A program made the translations under genes and the position numbers. Under the pieces are notes generated by a model that worked only from the letters and a program-made list of their open reading frames with translations, ran no database searches and was not told the DNA's origin. From an uncultured bacterium (GTDB lineage Bacteria > Patescibacteriota > Minisyncoccia > UBA6257 > GWB1-50-10): a DNA stretch of 64,000 bases. The stretch spans positions 298,466-362,465 of the forward strand of contig CAVYJB010000002.1 in assembly GCA_963768835.1 (NCBI GenBank), given 5' to 3'. Shown one piece after another: positions 49,050 through 59,241 of the stretch. Position 1 is the first letter of the stretch. Every line of letters starts with the position of its first letter.

Positions 49050-49587
49050 CGGTATCCGGTTCTTGTTGTGCGGGAAGCGCGTCCCTGATCGCCCGTTCGA
49101 TGATGTCCTTCTCCTCTTCGGTAAGAGGCTCCTCCGCGATAGCGACGCGTCCCGCGAGTTCCAGTTTATGCGAGTACGTGGCGCTGTGAGATTGTAACCA
49201 AAAACGGATGGCCGGAAAGTAGCCGGCCTTAATGAGTCTTATGATTTTCGATTCGCTCAGGTCGTTGACGGCCAAGATGCCTTGCGCCATGGCTTCGCCC
49301 GCGGCGGTTTTGAAGGCCGGGTCTGAATTGCACATGCGATAAAAAGTCGTGCGGCCCACGCGAGCATTCTTGCACGCGTAACTGATCACGGGGCGTTGCT
49401 GCAGGAAACCAAGAATCACTTCCTTCTTGGCCTTCTGTCGGATCGCCACCGCATCCGTATCTATCTCATCCGGTCCGACGACGCTGACATTAATGGATTC
49501 AGCGATGACAACATGATCGAATGCCATAACAGGTAAGCACTCGCTCGTCGCAGTGTTTTGGGGGGCGCTGATGAGGTATACACTCAT
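49033..49587 (-). CDS. Terminase small subunit-like HTH protein
   Basis: ISYACKNARVGRTTFYR...DPAF...AIRFWL; overlaps the terL start; true start uncertain. Confidence 0.75.
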   Translation of the reverse strand: MSVYLISAPQNTATSECLPVMAFDHVVIAESINVSVVGPDEIDTDAVAIRQKAKKEVILGFLQQRPVISYACKNARVGRTTFYRMCNSDPAFKTAAGEAMAQGILAVNDLSESKIIRLIKAGYFPAIRFWLQSHSATYSHKLELAGRVAIAEEPLTEEEKDIIERAIRDALPAQQEPDTDDHEQ

Positions 49588-49996
49588 ACCTAATTATACT
49601 GATTTTTAGGCCTTTATTTCGTCCAGGACGCTCCCCAACTTTCTGCTGCTGAACGCCATGCGAAAAGCCATCCTTCTTCTCAACTTTCCTTCGGTGGCGG
49701 AACCGGGGCCGAAGCCGTACGTCAGGAGGAGGGAAGCAGAGAAGCACCTATGTGGTACCCGGGACACGCGGAACAGGACGCTGTTCCACGGAATTCTCCT
49801 TATTTCTCAAGTGAAAACGGCCGTCTGGGCCTGAGGATGGAACACGATGCCGACATGCTCTTTCCGTGTACAGATTTTCCAAGGCCGTAGGGATATTACT
49901 GTACGGTTAATCGCGATGGAGGGTAACGATGTCTCACGATGGCCCTCCCCGCTCCTAGGGGTCGCCAAAGAAGCGACCTTCTGGTAAGCTCTTCGC

Positions 49997-51106
49997 ATGA
50001 AGAAATGGGAGGCACCGGTCTACCTTACGCTGGTTGTCGCATCTATCCTGCTCCTAGTCTATGAGTTCTCTGGAGTGACGCGTCCGCCGACCCGTCTCAT
50101 AGCACGTAGAGAGAGCAGCCCCCGCACGGAGGCGGCGTCCTCGACGGACCATTTTCCGCCCCTCGCGGTCTCCTCTCCGCGGGATGTGCGTGCGGTGTAC
50201 CTTACGGCGGCGGTTGCCTCGGTGCCGTCCCGTGTGGAGGGAATCATCCAGCTCATCCATTCCACGCGCCTGAACGCCGTCGTGGTGAACGTGAAGGACG
50301 GTGACGGCACCTATCTCGGGGAGGGGATGGCGCGGGTCGTCCAGAAGTTCCGCGCCGAGGGCATCTACCCCATCGCGCGGGTGGTGGTGTTCCAGGACAA
50401 CGCGCTCGCGCGCGCGCGGCCCGACCTCGCGCTCCACGATGCGTCGGGGACCCTCTGGGTAGCCGCCAAGGCCTATCTCTGGGTGGATCCCGCGAGCCGC
50501 GAGGTATGGGACCGCACGGTCGCAGTCGCAGAGCGGGCGCTCGACCTCGGTTTCCGCGAGGTGAACTTCGACTACGTGCGCTTTCCTTCGGACGGCGACA
50601 CAAAAGGCATTGTCTTTCCTATCTACGATGGCAAGCACCCTGCGTCAGCCGTCATGAGCGATTTCTATCGCTATCTGACCGATCGCATCCACAAGGACCG
50701 ACCAGGCGCGGTGCTCTCTGTGGATCTCTTCGCATACAGTTTTCTGATAAATGATGGTTTGGGAGTCGGTCAGCGGCTGCCTGACGCGGCCGCCGCGTTC
50801 GATGTCGTTTCCCCGATGGTTTACCCATCCCATTATACATCTGGTGACTTTGGCTATCCGAACCCGGCCACGGAACCCTACAATGTCATCCTAAAGACGC
50901 TTGAGGCGGGGAAGGCGCTCCTCTCCGCAAGTTCGACTGTTATTATCCGGCCCTGGATACAGGATTTTAACCTCGGCGCCATCTACGATGCCGCGATGGT
51001 GGAGGAGGAGATTCGGGCGGTGCAGGATGCCGGATACGGGGACACGTGGATGGATTGGAATCCCGCGAACATCTACGACCCTGTGAAGTTTCCACTCTCC
51101 AGTTAA
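49997..51106 (+). CDS. Putative glycoside hydrolase (DUF4015-like)
   Basis: LNAVVVNVKD, IARVVVFQD, NFDYVRFP, SPMVYPSHY, RPWIQDF. Confidence 0.85.
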   Translation: MKKWEAPVYLTLVVASILLLVYEFSGVTRPPTRLIARRESSPRTEAASSTDHFPPLAVSSPRDVRAVYLTAAVASVPSRVEGIIQLIHSTRLNAVVVNVKDGDGTYLGEGMARVVQKFRAEGIYPIARVVVFQDNALARARPDLALHDASGTLWVAAKAYLWVDPASREVWDRTVAVAERALDLGFREVNFDYVRFPSDGDTKGIVFPIYDGKHPASAVMSDFYRYLTDRIHKDRPGAVLSVDLFAYSFLINDGLGVGQRLPDAAAAFDVVSPMVYPSHYTSGDFGYPNPATEPYNVILKTLEAGKALLSASSTVIIRPWIQDFNLGAIYDAAMVEEEIRAVQDAGYGDTWMDWNPANIYDPVKFPLSS

Positions 51107-51120
51107 GCAGCGTGTTTTGG

Positions 51121-52557
51121 CTAGTATGCCTCGTGGACATCGACTCCGTGCACGACAATCTCGGCGTTGTTCGGTGTCGGGTCCCAAATCGTGAAGCCGA
51201 TAGCACCAGTAAACGGTGGGTTCAGGGTCCAGCTGTTGATGAAGTTTAGGTTCGAGATGACGTGGTTGTTGAACGAGCAAACTCCGTTGGCTCCCGAAAC
51301 CTTGATATAGGCCGTCGCATCCGAACGGTATGGCAGGGTGTAGTCCAGGATGTCGCCCGCGGCCAGCGTGTGCTCATCTCCATTTATGATTTGTTGGAGC
51401 TCGATGTGGACGTCACCGAAGGACGTTTCGGTGAATTCGCAGGCCACGTAGTTGTTGTCGTTCACATAGCGCGCTACAAGCCCTAAGCTCTGGCCTTTCG
51501 GCCAATCAAAGGTTGCTCCGAACTGGAGATCGCCCCAACTATCCGAGTTCTTGAGATGCGCATTTGCGCCGGTTGTGGAAGCGTCAGCATGCAGATCCAG
51601 AGCGCCCATAGCGTCAATCGCCAAGGTCCCCCAGGTCGCACTCCAGTTCCCATCTCCTCGGAAAGCGGACTCCGTGTAGGGGAAAGCGAGTGCTTGTATG
51701 ACAGGTGCGGGAGGCAGAGGTTTCGGCGCCGCAGGCTTTGCCTGTCCCGGGCTAGCCGAGGGAGTCGAGGTAACTGTAATAAGGGAAGGGGTGGCCACTG
51801 CTAGAGGGAAGGGGAAGACCACCGTGTTCTTCGTAAGCGCCGTGACACGTACGTTCTTAACAACCCCCCTACTTGTGTTCTCTTTTGAGTCCCAGAAGAT
51901 GAAACCAATACCGCCCGTGGGAGCTGGGTCTTTCACAAGGTGTGCCCCCACCGCCTCCTTCCTAGCGATGGTACAGCCGACGTCGCTCCCATAGATGCTC
52001 ATCCCAAAGTCCCCGTTGGTACCCGGACCGCCTGCGACCGCGTCAGCACTCGTGATAAGAACATCATTGTTGTGTGTGCGCTCAAAGATGCCCACAGCAT
52101 TGGGGCCGAACTCGCAGTAGATGAAGTCCTGGGTATTGCTCGCGACGCGTGCCGCGATATCGAACCATCCGCCGCCGAGCCAACTCACATTCGCGCGCAC
52201 GGTGTAGTTCTTCCAGGAGGAGGCTCCACTAACGAACGTGTGGTCGCTCCGAGTGCTCGAGCTTGCTCCGAGAACCAGTGCGCCGCCCGTCGTAGGGTTT
52301 GTGTCCAAATATTTCGGCCAATACGCCCGGCTTGAAGTAGTGAGAGCATAGGGGAGCGAGAGAGGTACCAGGGTGGAGCTTGAAGAGGCGATGACGGTAA
52401 CGGGCGCGACCGTGGGGATGGTCGTCGTGGCAGCCGTGGTCGCGAGGATGGCAGCCTGTTCCTCCTGTCCCCTGAGGTAGAAGACACCGCCAGCAAAGGT
52501 TGTTCCGACAAGGATGAGTATAACGATAAAGACGGTCAGGTCTCGCTTGTTTTTCAT
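51121..52557 (-). CDS. Membrane-anchored protein with two lectin-like beta-sandwich domains
   Basis: N-terminal TM; two related domains each ending GxIGFxxWD; Pro-rich linker. Confidence 0.7.
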   Translation of the reverse strand: MKNKRDLTVFIVILILVGTTFAGGVFYLRGQEEQAAILATTAATTTIPTVAPVTVIASSSSTLVPLSLPYALTTSSRAYWPKYLDTNPTTGGALVLGASSSTRSDHTFVSGASSWKNYTVRANVSWLGGGWFDIAARVASNTQDFIYCEFGPNAVGIFERTHNNDVLITSADAVAGGPGTNGDFGMSIYGSDVGCTIARKEAVGAHLVKDPAPTGGIGFIFWDSKENTSRGVVKNVRVTALTKNTVVFPFPLAVATPSLITVTSTPSASPGQAKPAAPKPLPPAPVIQALAFPYTESAFRGDGNWSATWGTLAIDAMGALDLHADASTTGANAHLKNSDSWGDLQFGATFDWPKGQSLGLVARYVNDNNYVACEFTETSFGDVHIELQQIINGDEHTLAAGDILDYTLPYRSDATAYIKVSGANGVCSFNNHVISNLNFINSWTLNPPFTGAIGFTIWDPTPNNAEIVVHGVDVHEAY

Positions 52558-52718
52558 TTGACTTATAGGAAGATATGTATTACAAGTACTAGACTTCAAG
52601 CAATGTCCTCAGGGTCTAGTAGGCCCTACCATACCACATTGTCCCGGGACAGGCCAACATCAGTGCTAAAAGTCCGAATGGTATACTAGGATATCGTTTG
52701 AAAATTTAACAACAATGT

Positions 52719-53180
52719 ATGGATGAACCAACGGAAGTTAAGAAGAATACGTTTATCCTTTTTGCGGCGCTTGCAATTCTTATTGTGGGCGGGGTCCTTG
52801 TATATAAGAACGTAGATCCTGTGGTTGTGGAGCTCAATACACTGAAACTTCTTCCTAAGGCCGAGACGTTTACCGAGCTCTATTTCAATAATCAAACCGC
52901 GCTGCCCAATAGGGTCGTTCCGGGGACGGCCATCGCATTTTCCTTCACCATCCACAATCTCGAAGGTGTAACGACCACCTATCCCTACACCGTATACTTT
53001 GTACAAACTAATGGAGATCAGTTTGTCTTCGCGAATGGGAACGTAACGCTTTCCGACACCACCTCGACCAGCATCGCCATTTCGCAGTACTTTCCCTCAC
53101 CGGGGGTGACCGGAACCGTGGTGGTGAATCTAACTGGGCGGAGCCAAAAAATTGATTTCTTGATTTCAAACACTAAGTAA
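52719..53180 (+). CDS. Hypothetical protein resembling the DUF1616 C-terminal domain
   Basis: TM followed by ETFTELYF...FTIHNLEG..TTYPY. Confidence 0.6.
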   Translation: MDEPTEVKKNTFILFAALAILIVGGVLVYKNVDPVVVELNTLKLLPKAETFTELYFNNQTALPNRVVPGTAIAFSFTIHNLEGVTTTYPYTVYFVQTNGDQFVFANGNVTLSDTTSTSIAISQYFPSPGVTGTVVVNLTGRSQKIDFLISNTK

Positions 53181-53191
53181 CCATCCCCATT

Positions 53192-53953
53192 ATGTCGAGC
53201 GCTAAACTCAAAAAAATAACCGTCCTCATCCCGTGTCACAACGAGGAGAGCGGTATCGCGCATGTCATCGCGGATATCCCGAACACTCGTCTGAAGCAGC
53301 TCGGGTTCACGACTGAAGCTATTGTTATTGACAATAACTCGACCGACCGGACGGCGGAAGTTGCGCGGGCGGCGGGTGCGCGCGTCATCGAGGAGCCGAG
53401 GAAAGGGAAGGGGAACGCCATGCGTACGGGTTTCAGCGCTGTGAGCCCGGATACCGAGTACGTTATCATGCTGGACGGTGACCACACCTACAAGCCATAT
53501 GAGATTCCGCGACTCGTAGAGCCGCTCATAAGCGGCTTCTGCGACGTGGTGGTGGGCTCTCGGCTCGGGGGGAAGATGAACAAAGGCGCGTTTTGCTTTG
53601 AGAACCGCGTGGTGAACTGGGGATTCACATTCTTGGTGCGTCTGATTTATCGGGCGAATGTCACAGACGTCCTGAGCGGTTTCTTCGCCTGGGATAAGGA
53701 GGTGGTGGACGAACTGAACCACCACCTGGTTTCGGAAGGTTTTTCCATCGAGATGGAGATGATCACGAAGACAGAGAAGCTCGGATTCGAAGCATACTCT
53801 GTGCCCATCACCTACGACGTGCGCAAAGGCGAGACGAAGATCAATGCCGTGAGGGATGGCATCATCATTCTCTCGGTGCTCATTCGGAACCTGTTCTGGC
53901 ACCCCGATGCACCCGTAAGCTCCCGCAGGGTGAAGCGGGTGGCCATCGACTAA
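53192..53953 (+). CDS. Glycosyltransferase family 2 (DPM1-like)
   Basis: VLIPCHNEE, IDNNSTDRT, GKGNA, MLDGDHTY, DVLSGF. Confidence 0.93.
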   Translation: MSSAKLKKITVLIPCHNEESGIAHVIADIPNTRLKQLGFTTEAIVIDNNSTDRTAEVARAAGARVIEEPRKGKGNAMRTGFSAVSPDTEYVIMLDGDHTYKPYEIPRLVEPLISGFCDVVVGSRLGGKMNKGAFCFENRVVNWGFTFLVRLIYRANVTDVLSGFFAWDKEVVDELNHHLVSEGFSIEMEMITKTEKLGFEAYSVPITYDVRKGETKINAVRDGIIILSVLIRNLFWHPDAPVSSRRVKRVAID

Positions 53954-53955
53954 CA

Positions 53956-55098
53956 ATGAAGGAGTCGGGCTGCAAGCGCATCGCCATCGTAGCTGACGCT
54001 GTTTATCCCTGGAACAAAGGGGGAAAGGAGAAGCGTATCTACGAAATCACGAAGCGGCTTGCCGCGCGCGGCTATCTCGTCACTGTCTACTGCATGCAGT
54101 GGTGGAAAGGTGAGCGGGAGATTGTACGCGAGGATGTTACCTATCACGCCATCAGTGCGTACCACCCACTCTACGCGGGAAGTCGCCGGTCTTTCACACA
54201 GGCAATGTTTTTTGCACTGTCCTGCCTCCGCCTTTTAGGGGCGGAGTTCGACGTTGTGGATGTGGACCAGGTTCCTCATCTTGTACTTTTTACAATGAGG
54301 CTCGTCTGTCTTCTAAAGCGGAAGAAAATGTTTGCGACCTGGCTTGAGGTGTGGGGTGAGAAATATTGGAAAGGGTACGTTGGGACGTTCCGGGGAGAGA
54401 TTGCTTATCATATTGAGAAAATAAGTGCGAAACTTCCAGATATCATCGTATCCATCTCGGCCCGCACCACGGAAGGGCTTCGGACTATACTAGGAAGGGA
54501 AAATGGGGTTTTTACAGTACCCATCGGGATTGATGTGGAGCCCATCTTGAGAATTCCGCCCGATGCGCGTTCTTCGGACATTGTGTATGCAGGGCGGTTG
54601 CTGGCGCATAAAAATGTGGATGTCTTGCTCGGCGCCGTTAGCATTCTGAAGAAAAGCCATCCGGAAATTTCCCTGATGATTGTGGGTGATGGACCGGAAA
54701 AAGAAAATCTCGAAAGGCTTGCTCTTGAACTGGGAATTCAAGGGAACGTGTTATTCCTCGGTTTCCTAGAAGACCACGATACGCTCTACGGCCTCATGAA
54801 GGCGTCCAAGGTTTTCGTTACACCTTCTACCAGGGAAGGATTTGGTATCGTCGTGATTGAGGCGAACGCTTGCGGCCTGCCAGCTATTGCGGTTACGCAT
54901 GACCAAAATGCGGCAGGGGACTTAGTGACCCCGAATGAAAACGGTGTGCTCTGTATGATGTTGGGCAAGCAAGGGCTCGCGGATGCCATTGGAAAATTAT
55001 TGAGTACCCGGAATGAGCCTGACCGGTATGTACAATATGCCAAACGGTATGATTGGGATAGTATCATACAGAAGATAGAGAGTGTATACAGAGCATGA
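53956..55098 (+). CDS. Glycosyltransferase family 4
   Basis: DAVYPWNKGGKEKR, GRLLAHK, EGFGIVVIEANACG. Confidence 0.93.
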   Translation: MKESGCKRIAIVADAVYPWNKGGKEKRIYEITKRLAARGYLVTVYCMQWWKGEREIVREDVTYHAISAYHPLYAGSRRSFTQAMFFALSCLRLLGAEFDVVDVDQVPHLVLFTMRLVCLLKRKKMFATWLEVWGEKYWKGYVGTFRGEIAYHIEKISAKLPDIIVSISARTTEGLRTILGRENGVFTVPIGIDVEPILRIPPDARSSDIVYAGRLLAHKNVDVLLGAVSILKKSHPEISLMIVGDGPEKENLERLALELGIQGNVLFLGFLEDHDTLYGLMKASKVFVTPSTREGFGIVVIEANACGLPAIAVTHDQNAAGDLVTPNENGVLCMMLGKQGLADAIGKLLSTRNEPDRYVQYAKRYDWDSIIQKIESVYRA

Positions 55099-55793
55099 AT
55101 TCTATTCGTGTAACAACTAGTTGGGACGATGGGCACATTCTAGATTTGAGACTCGCCGAACTACTCCGCAAATATGGCTTAGCGGGCACTTTTTATATTG
55201 CACCGAAGGACCGGCAGATTGAGCAGGGCAAGCGGTTGAGTAAGGAACAGGTGCGTGAACTAGGGAATAGTTTTGAGATTGGGGCGCACACAATGACGCA
55301 CCCCAAACTATCAACAATAGACAGCGAGATAGCCGTACAAGAGATAAGGGAATCTAAGAAAACGCTCGAGGAGTGGACCGGAAAAGAAGCCTCGAGTTTT
55401 TGCTACCCAAGCGGGGACTATACGGAAGTTCATAAGGAGTTGGTCAAGAGTTTAGGGTTTAAGCTGGCGCGAACTGTTCAGCGGTTTAAAACGGAAATTG
55501 GGGATGACCCGTTCGAACTACCGACCACGGTGCATGCATACCGACATTGGGCGGACGCTGGACCAATCTTAAACGAAGCTGGAGCCCTCAGCTTTATACA
55601 GCAGTATCTGAACTGGGATAAACTCGCGATTGCGTTGTTCGATAAGGTCCTTGTGGGCGGAGGAATATTCCATCTGTGGGGCCACTCTTGGGAAATTGAT
55701 AAGAATAAGGATTGGGGCCGCTTGGAGCAGGTATTTAAGTACATTGGACGACGTTCTAATATTCAGTACGTTATAAACCGCCAACTGGTATGA
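55095..55793 (+). CDS. Polysaccharide deacetylase family protein
   Basis: TTSWDDG, EIGAHTMTHP, FCYPSG, FHLWGHSWE. Confidence 0.92.
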   Translation: MNSIRVTTSWDDGHILDLRLAELLRKYGLAGTFYIAPKDRQIEQGKRLSKEQVRELGNSFEIGAHTMTHPKLSTIDSEIAVQEIRESKKTLEEWTGKEASSFCYPSGDYTEVHKELVKSLGFKLARTVQRFKTEIGDDPFELPTTVHAYRHWADAGPILNEAGALSFIQQYLNWDKLAIALFDKVLVGGGIFHLWGHSWEIDKNKDWGRLEQVFKYIGRRSNIQYVINRQLV

Positions 55794-58123
55794 ACCCTAA
55801 ACAACTCACTATTGCTATCGTCGCTCCCTACTTTCCCCCAGGCGGTGGAGGGTTAGAGCGCTACGCCTACGAGATCGCCAAACGCCTGCAGGGTGAATAC
55901 AGATGGCGTGTTGTTGTTATTACCTCCGGAGAACGCTATGGCAAGGATAGCAAAGATGAACTAGACGGTCTTACGGTTTATCGTTTGGGATATCAATTTA
56001 AATTCTCCAACACCCCCTTCTCGTTCGGCTGGTTCAAGACGGTAAGGCACGTTTTAAAAATTGAGAACCCGGATATCATCAACGTTCATATGCCAGTGCC
56101 CGGCATTGGCGATATTGCTTCATTATTCGCAGACAAAAAGCCAATTATTGTGACTTATCATGCTGGCAGCATGCATAAAGGTAGGCCCCTACCCGATTTC
56201 TTTATCTGGCTCTATGAACATGGGCCGATGCGCCTATTGCTTTCGCGTGCCACCCGCATCGTATGTTCCTCCGACTTTACTCGCTTCCGATTCCTACAGC
56301 CCTATCTTTCGAAAAGCCTGACAATAACACCGGGCGTTGATATGGAAATATTCACGCCGAATATGGAGAATAGGGCCGACAAGCCAACCGTACTATTTGT
56401 GGGGATGCTGAATAAATCCCACCGCCATAAAGGACTAGGCGTGCTTATTAATGCCGTCGATATTTTGAGGGCCAGAATTCAAAATCTTCAACTCGTTATT
56501 GTGGGTGACGGTGATATGAGGCCCGAGTATGAAGCGAGTGTTCGGAAGCGAGGCATGGAGAAAATGACGACGTTTAGGGGCCGACTGAGTGGTGGTGCAC
56601 TAGTGGATGCATATCAGAGAAGCAACGTTCTTTGTCTTCCTTCTCTTGAGCCAGCCGAAAGTTTTGGGATGGTTCTCATAGAAGCAATGGCCGTGGGTTG
56701 TCCTGTTATTGGTTCCAGGGCGGGAGGAATACCCGGGGTTATCGATCATGGGAGGAATGGACTTTTGGTGCTGCCTGGTGACTTACAGGGACTCGTTGCC
56801 GCGATTGCACGCGTATTAGGAGACAAGGACTTGTCGCGCAAGATGGGAGAGGATGGGCTTAGGAGGGTCAGGGAGGATTTTACATGGGGTGAAAAAGTAA
56901 AAGAAACCCAGCTCCTATTTCAGAAAGTGCTGGTTGATTCTAAGCGACCAACGGTTGAAAGAAAGAGGCTGTCCGTGCTTATAATTTGCAAAGAATACCT
57001 CCCGCATGTCGCAGGGGGATTAGGAGTCCACTACTTTGAACTGATTCAAGAACTTAAGAAATATTGCAAAATCGATCTTATTTGTGCGAGAGAAAAAGAA
57101 AGCGCAGAGGATGAAGAGATTTTCGACAATTTGCATATACACCGAATGAAAATCCCATCCTCCTTCCCTCTCAATCACATAGTCTTTAACCTCAAGGCTT
57201 TTTCACGGAGTCTTGGGATTAAACGAGATATCGTGCACCTCTGTTCTCCGTTTGGATTAATAAACGTTTTGATAAAGACCTCACCGGTTGTGGTAAAGAT
57301 CCACACTGTATATGCAGCTCAAAGAGGCGCCCGTCTATATAACCGAATTTATTTTCCTATAGCCTCGCTCATTGATAGGTTCATCATTTTTAGGAGCGAT
57401 TATGTGATGACGACCTCTAATTTCATGAAGAAAGACATACATAAGATGTATGGGATTGAGCCGTCAAAAATCTCGGTGATATTTAATGGAATCAACAAAA
57501 AGTTCTTTGTCGGTGATGCCTACAACAAAAAGTCGCTTCGAGAGAAGATGAAATTACCGGTTGAGGCGAAGATTGTTCTTTATGTTGGCAGATTTGTCCA
57601 GAGGAAGGGCGCCTTGAATCTAGTGCGGGCCGCATCTACGGTTCTCCAAAAATTCCCAAAGACCCTCTTCGTATTTATTGGCGGCGGTTTTACGGAGGGA
57701 ACAGAGTACGAAGGTCTTATACATTCTTCCATCACCGCTCTTGGACTACGTAATAATGTATTGATATTGCCGTGGGTCACCCATGATCAAGTTCTGGAGT
57801 ATTACAAAGTGGCGGATATTTTTGTACACCCGGCAACATATGAGCCATTTGGCAACAACATTGTTGAAGCGATGGCTGCGGGGCTGCCTGTAATTTCTAC
57901 CAAATCAGGTGGGCCGGAAGAAATTATTCAAGACAATGGGATAATTCTTGAGAGCAACGAACCATCCCTGATCTCTGAAAGTATTATCAGTCTCTGTGCC
58001 AACGAAGAGAGGAGCAGGCACTTTTCGTATTTATCAAAAAAAAGAGCTGCAGAATTTTCTTGGGATTCTGCAGCAAAAGAAACAGTTAAGATATATAACA
58101 AGGTTTTATCCTCAAATAAATGA
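55790..58123 (+). CDS. Tandem double glycosyltransferase family 4 protein
   Basis: Two GT-B units: ESFGMVLIEAMA and EPFGNNIVEAMA. Confidence 0.9.
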   Translation: MNPKQLTIAIVAPYFPPGGGGLERYAYEIAKRLQGEYRWRVVVITSGERYGKDSKDELDGLTVYRLGYQFKFSNTPFSFGWFKTVRHVLKIENPDIINVHMPVPGIGDIASLFADKKPIIVTYHAGSMHKGRPLPDFFIWLYEHGPMRLLLSRATRIVCSSDFTRFRFLQPYLSKSLTITPGVDMEIFTPNMENRADKPTVLFVGMLNKSHRHKGLGVLINAVDILRARIQNLQLVIVGDGDMRPEYEASVRKRGMEKMTTFRGRLSGGALVDAYQRSNVLCLPSLEPAESFGMVLIEAMAVGCPVIGSRAGGIPGVIDHGRNGLLVLPGDLQGLVAAIARVLGDKDLSRKMGEDGLRRVREDFTWGEKVKETQLLFQKVLVDSKRPTVERKRLSVLIICKEYLPHVAGGLGVHYFELIQELKKYCKIDLICAREKESAEDEEIFDNLHIHRMKIPSSFPLNHIVFNLKAFSRSLGIKRDIVHLCSPFGLINVLIKTSPVVVKIHTVYAAQRGARLYNRIYFPIASLIDRFIIFRSDYVMTTSNFMKKDIHKMYGIEPSKISVIFNGINKKFFVGDAYNKKSLREKMKLPVEAKIVLYVGRFVQRKGALNLVRAASTVLQKFPKTLFVFIGGGFTEGTEYEGLIHSSITALGLRNNVLILPWVTHDQVLEYYKVADIFVHPATYEPFGNNIVEAMAAGLPVISTKSGGPEEIIQDNGIILESNEPSLISESIISLCANEERSRHFSYLSKKRAAEFSWDSAAKETVKIYNKVLSSNK

Positions 58124-59241
58124 GTAACAATCAACATCAAGAGGTGTGTATCGCGCAAGTTTGTGCATATTATCCGCCTCATGTCGGTGGGTTAGAGCGT
58201 GTTGCAAAAATGTGCGCCGAGGAACTTTCCAAACGGAGATATTCGGTCCGTGTCATCACATCTTCCGACGCCGGTATTAAAAAGGGTATGAAGAAAGACG
58301 GGAACCTTCAAGTCACGGCATTGTGGAATTTTGAATTTGCTCATACGCCCGTCGCACCAACGCTCTTGTGGCACCTATTGAGGCTTCCACGTAATTCTCT
58401 TATTCATTTGCACCTAGCACACGCGTACTATCCTGAATTAGTGCTGCTGGCCTCAAAACTCCGTGGTATCCCATATGTTGCGCACTTTCATCTCGATGTT
58501 GGCCCCTCGGGATTCTTTGGCCCGATATTTTTAGCCTACAAAAGACTTTTGTGGGGGCCGGTTTTACAATATGCTCGCCGTGTAATCACCTGCTCACAAG
58601 ATCAGGCTAGCGTAGTGGAAAGGAAATTTGGGGTCAAAAAAGAAAACATCGTCGTTATCCCTAATGCAGTGAGCGACGACTTCTTTTCTAATCGTGTGTA
58701 TATACCTCCGATCAAAACATTTCACCTTCTTTATATCGGCCGACTTTCCGTGCAAAAGCGGGTTGAACACCTTATAGAGGCGGTGTCCAGGCTTTCCATT
58801 CCTGCCCACCTTACTATTGTTGGTGACGGAGAAGAGCGTTCAAAATTGGAAGAATTCGTCCGAAAACTGAAGCTTACTAATGTTTCTTTTGAAGGAAGAA
58901 AAAATGATGTGGAAATGCAGGAGTACCATCGGAAAAACGACGTCTTCCTTATATCTTCGGATAAAGAGGGAGGTACCCCTCTCGTTGCACTCGAAGCGAT
59001 GGCATCAGGCCTCCCAGTTATAGGGACAAATGTCTCTGGTATTCGGGAGTTTCTTCAGGGAGTCGGAGTTTTAGTAGATAAACCGTACGTAGAAAACTTT
59101 GCAGAAGCAGTAGAAATGCTTTGGTTTGCGCCGGAGAAGCTGGTCGCACTTTCCAGACAAAGCGTCGAAAAGGCAAAAAAGTATGGATGGTCGCGATTTA
59201 CTGACCAACTTGAAGAGGTGTATAGACAAGCGCTCAAGTGA
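58120..59241 (+). CDS. Glycosyltransferase family 4
   Basis: YYPPHVGGLE, GRLSVQKR, EGGTPLVALEAMASG. Confidence 0.92.
   Translation: MSNNQHQEVCIAQVCAYYPPHVGGLERVAKMCAEELSKRRYSVRVITSSDAGIKKGMKKDGNLQVTALWNFEFAHTPVAPTLLWHLLRLPRNSLIHLHLAHAYYPELVLLASKLRGIPYVAHFHLDVGPSGFFGPIFLAYKRLLWGPVLQYARRVITCSQDQASVVERKFGVKKENIVVIPNAVSDDFFSNRVYIPPIKTFHLLYIGRLSVQKRVEHLIEAVSRLSIPAHLTIVGDGEERSKLEEFVRKLKLTNVSFEGRKNDVEMQEYHRKNDVFLISSDKEGGTPLVALEAMASGLPVIGTNVSGIREFLQGVGVLVDKPYVENFAEAVEMLWFAPEKLVALSRQSVEKAKKYGWSRFTDQLEEVYRQALK

Noticed and set aside
47418-49587. Complete prophage
   Set aside because: No portal, capsid, tail, lysis, replication or integrase genes occur in the window.
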